A stretch of 15,744 bases of DNA from Ignavibacteriales bacterium (GTDB lineage Bacteria; Bacteroidota; Ignavibacteria; UBA10030; UBA6906): contig JBBIRR010000064.1 in NCBI GenBank assembly GCA_037441705.1, forward strand, positions 1 through 15,744, in the 5' to 3' direction. Below the pieces are notes generated by a model. That model ran no database searches. It was given only the letters and a program-made list of their open reading frames with translations, and was not told the origin of the DNA. The position numbers were made by a program, and so were the translations under genes. Positions 14,965 to 15,744 of this stretch are shown here, in pieces (position 1 is the first letter of the stretch; every line of letters begins with the position of its first letter).

Positions 14965-15744
14965 ATGAACATGGCAACGAAACTTCTCTTACCGCTAACG
15001 ATTCTCCTGCATGGCCTCCTCTTTGTCGGATGCGGCAATACATCTGCCGATCAGGCTGCAACAACGACGAGAACCACCGTTCGTGCAGTTCAGGTACAGG
15101 TTCAGGAATTACAGCCGCAGCCATTTGTCGAAACACTTCAGCTCAGTTGTTCCATCAAGGCGTTCGAGGACATCATTGTTGCGCCCGAAGAAGGAGGGAC
15201 TGTGAAGGAGTGGAAGCGTGAGAAAGGGGCACGCGTCCGGAAGGGCGAGATCATCGTTCTCTTGAATGATGACGTGCTGAAGCCCGGGTACGAGTCGGCA
15301 CTCGCACAATATCATTCGGCGGAGCTGACCTTTGAAAAGCAGCAGAGGGTGTACGGCGAACAGGCGGTGAGCGAATGGCAACTGAAGACGGCGGAGTTCA
15401 GCCGTGATGCCGCGAAAGCGCAGGCCGACTTGATGCGGGCACGATGGGAGCGCACGCGCATCAAAAGTCCGGTCGAGGGCATCCTCGACGAACGCTACGT
15501 TGATGAGGGAGAGATGGCATCGCCGGGCGCTCCGATTGCACGCATCGTCAACATTCGCAGCGTCAAAGCATTGGTCAATGTGCCAGAACGCTATGCCGGA
15601 CGCATCAAGCTCGGTTCACCCATCCAGCTCACCGTGCTGGCATATCCGGGCGAGATCTTTCGGGGACGCGTTACGTACATCGGGTCGGCGATTTCTCCCG
15701 ACAACCGTACGTTCCCGGTCGAAGCCGTGTTGCCCAACCCCGGC
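14965..15744 (+). CDS. RND efflux periplasmic adaptor (membrane fusion protein), lipoprotein; runs off the right edge
   Basis: Not in the ORF track because there is no stop in the window. Manual translation: MNMATKLLLPLTILLHGLLFVGC (lipobox) ... APEEGGTVKEW..EKGARVRKGEII ... TRIKSPVEGILDERYVDEGE ... VPE ... ISPDNRTFPVE. Confidence 0.93.
   Translation, partial: MNMATKLLLPLTILLHGLLFVGCGNTSADQAATTTRTTVRAVQVQVQELQPQPFVETLQLSCSIKAFEDIIVAPEEGGTVKEWKREKGARVRKGEIIVLLNDDVLKPGYESALAQYHSAELTFEKQQRVYGEQAVSEWQLKTAEFSRDAAKAQADLMRARWERTRIKSPVEGILDERYVDEGEMASPGAPIARIVNIRSVKALVNVPERYAGRIKLGSPIQLTVLAYPGEIFRGRVTYIGSAISPDNRTFPVEAVLPNPG

Overview
Gene-dense bacterial window with moderately high GC. Gene content and synteny (PASTA-only protein next to rpe, Tat-signal aldo/keto reductase, few Shine-Dalgarno sites) suggest a Bacteroidota/Chlorobiota/Ignavibacteria-type organism, but this is inference. 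Bases 1-4749 (minus strand) hold an apparent operon of unknown product: a Pol-beta-type nucleotidyltransferase-fold protein, a short signal-peptide ORF (possible deletion scar or small peptide), two paralogous cobalamin-binding radical SAM enzymes separated by a small membrane protein, and a class I SAM methyltransferase cut by the window edge. On the plus strand follow PASTA protein-rpe; an lrp/asnC-amtB-glnA nitrogen-assimilation unit with a clear promoter, candidate operators, a terminator and no P-II gene; mgsA with a Tat-signal aldo/keto reductase; crotonase-apt; and a tetR-tolC-RND adaptor efflux operon preceded by three operator-like boxes at an exact 20-bp period. No rRNA, tRNA, CRISPR array or mobile element was recognised. 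The best candidates for an undescribed system are the radical SAM/nucleotidyltransferase operon and the Lrp-headed amtB-glnA operon.
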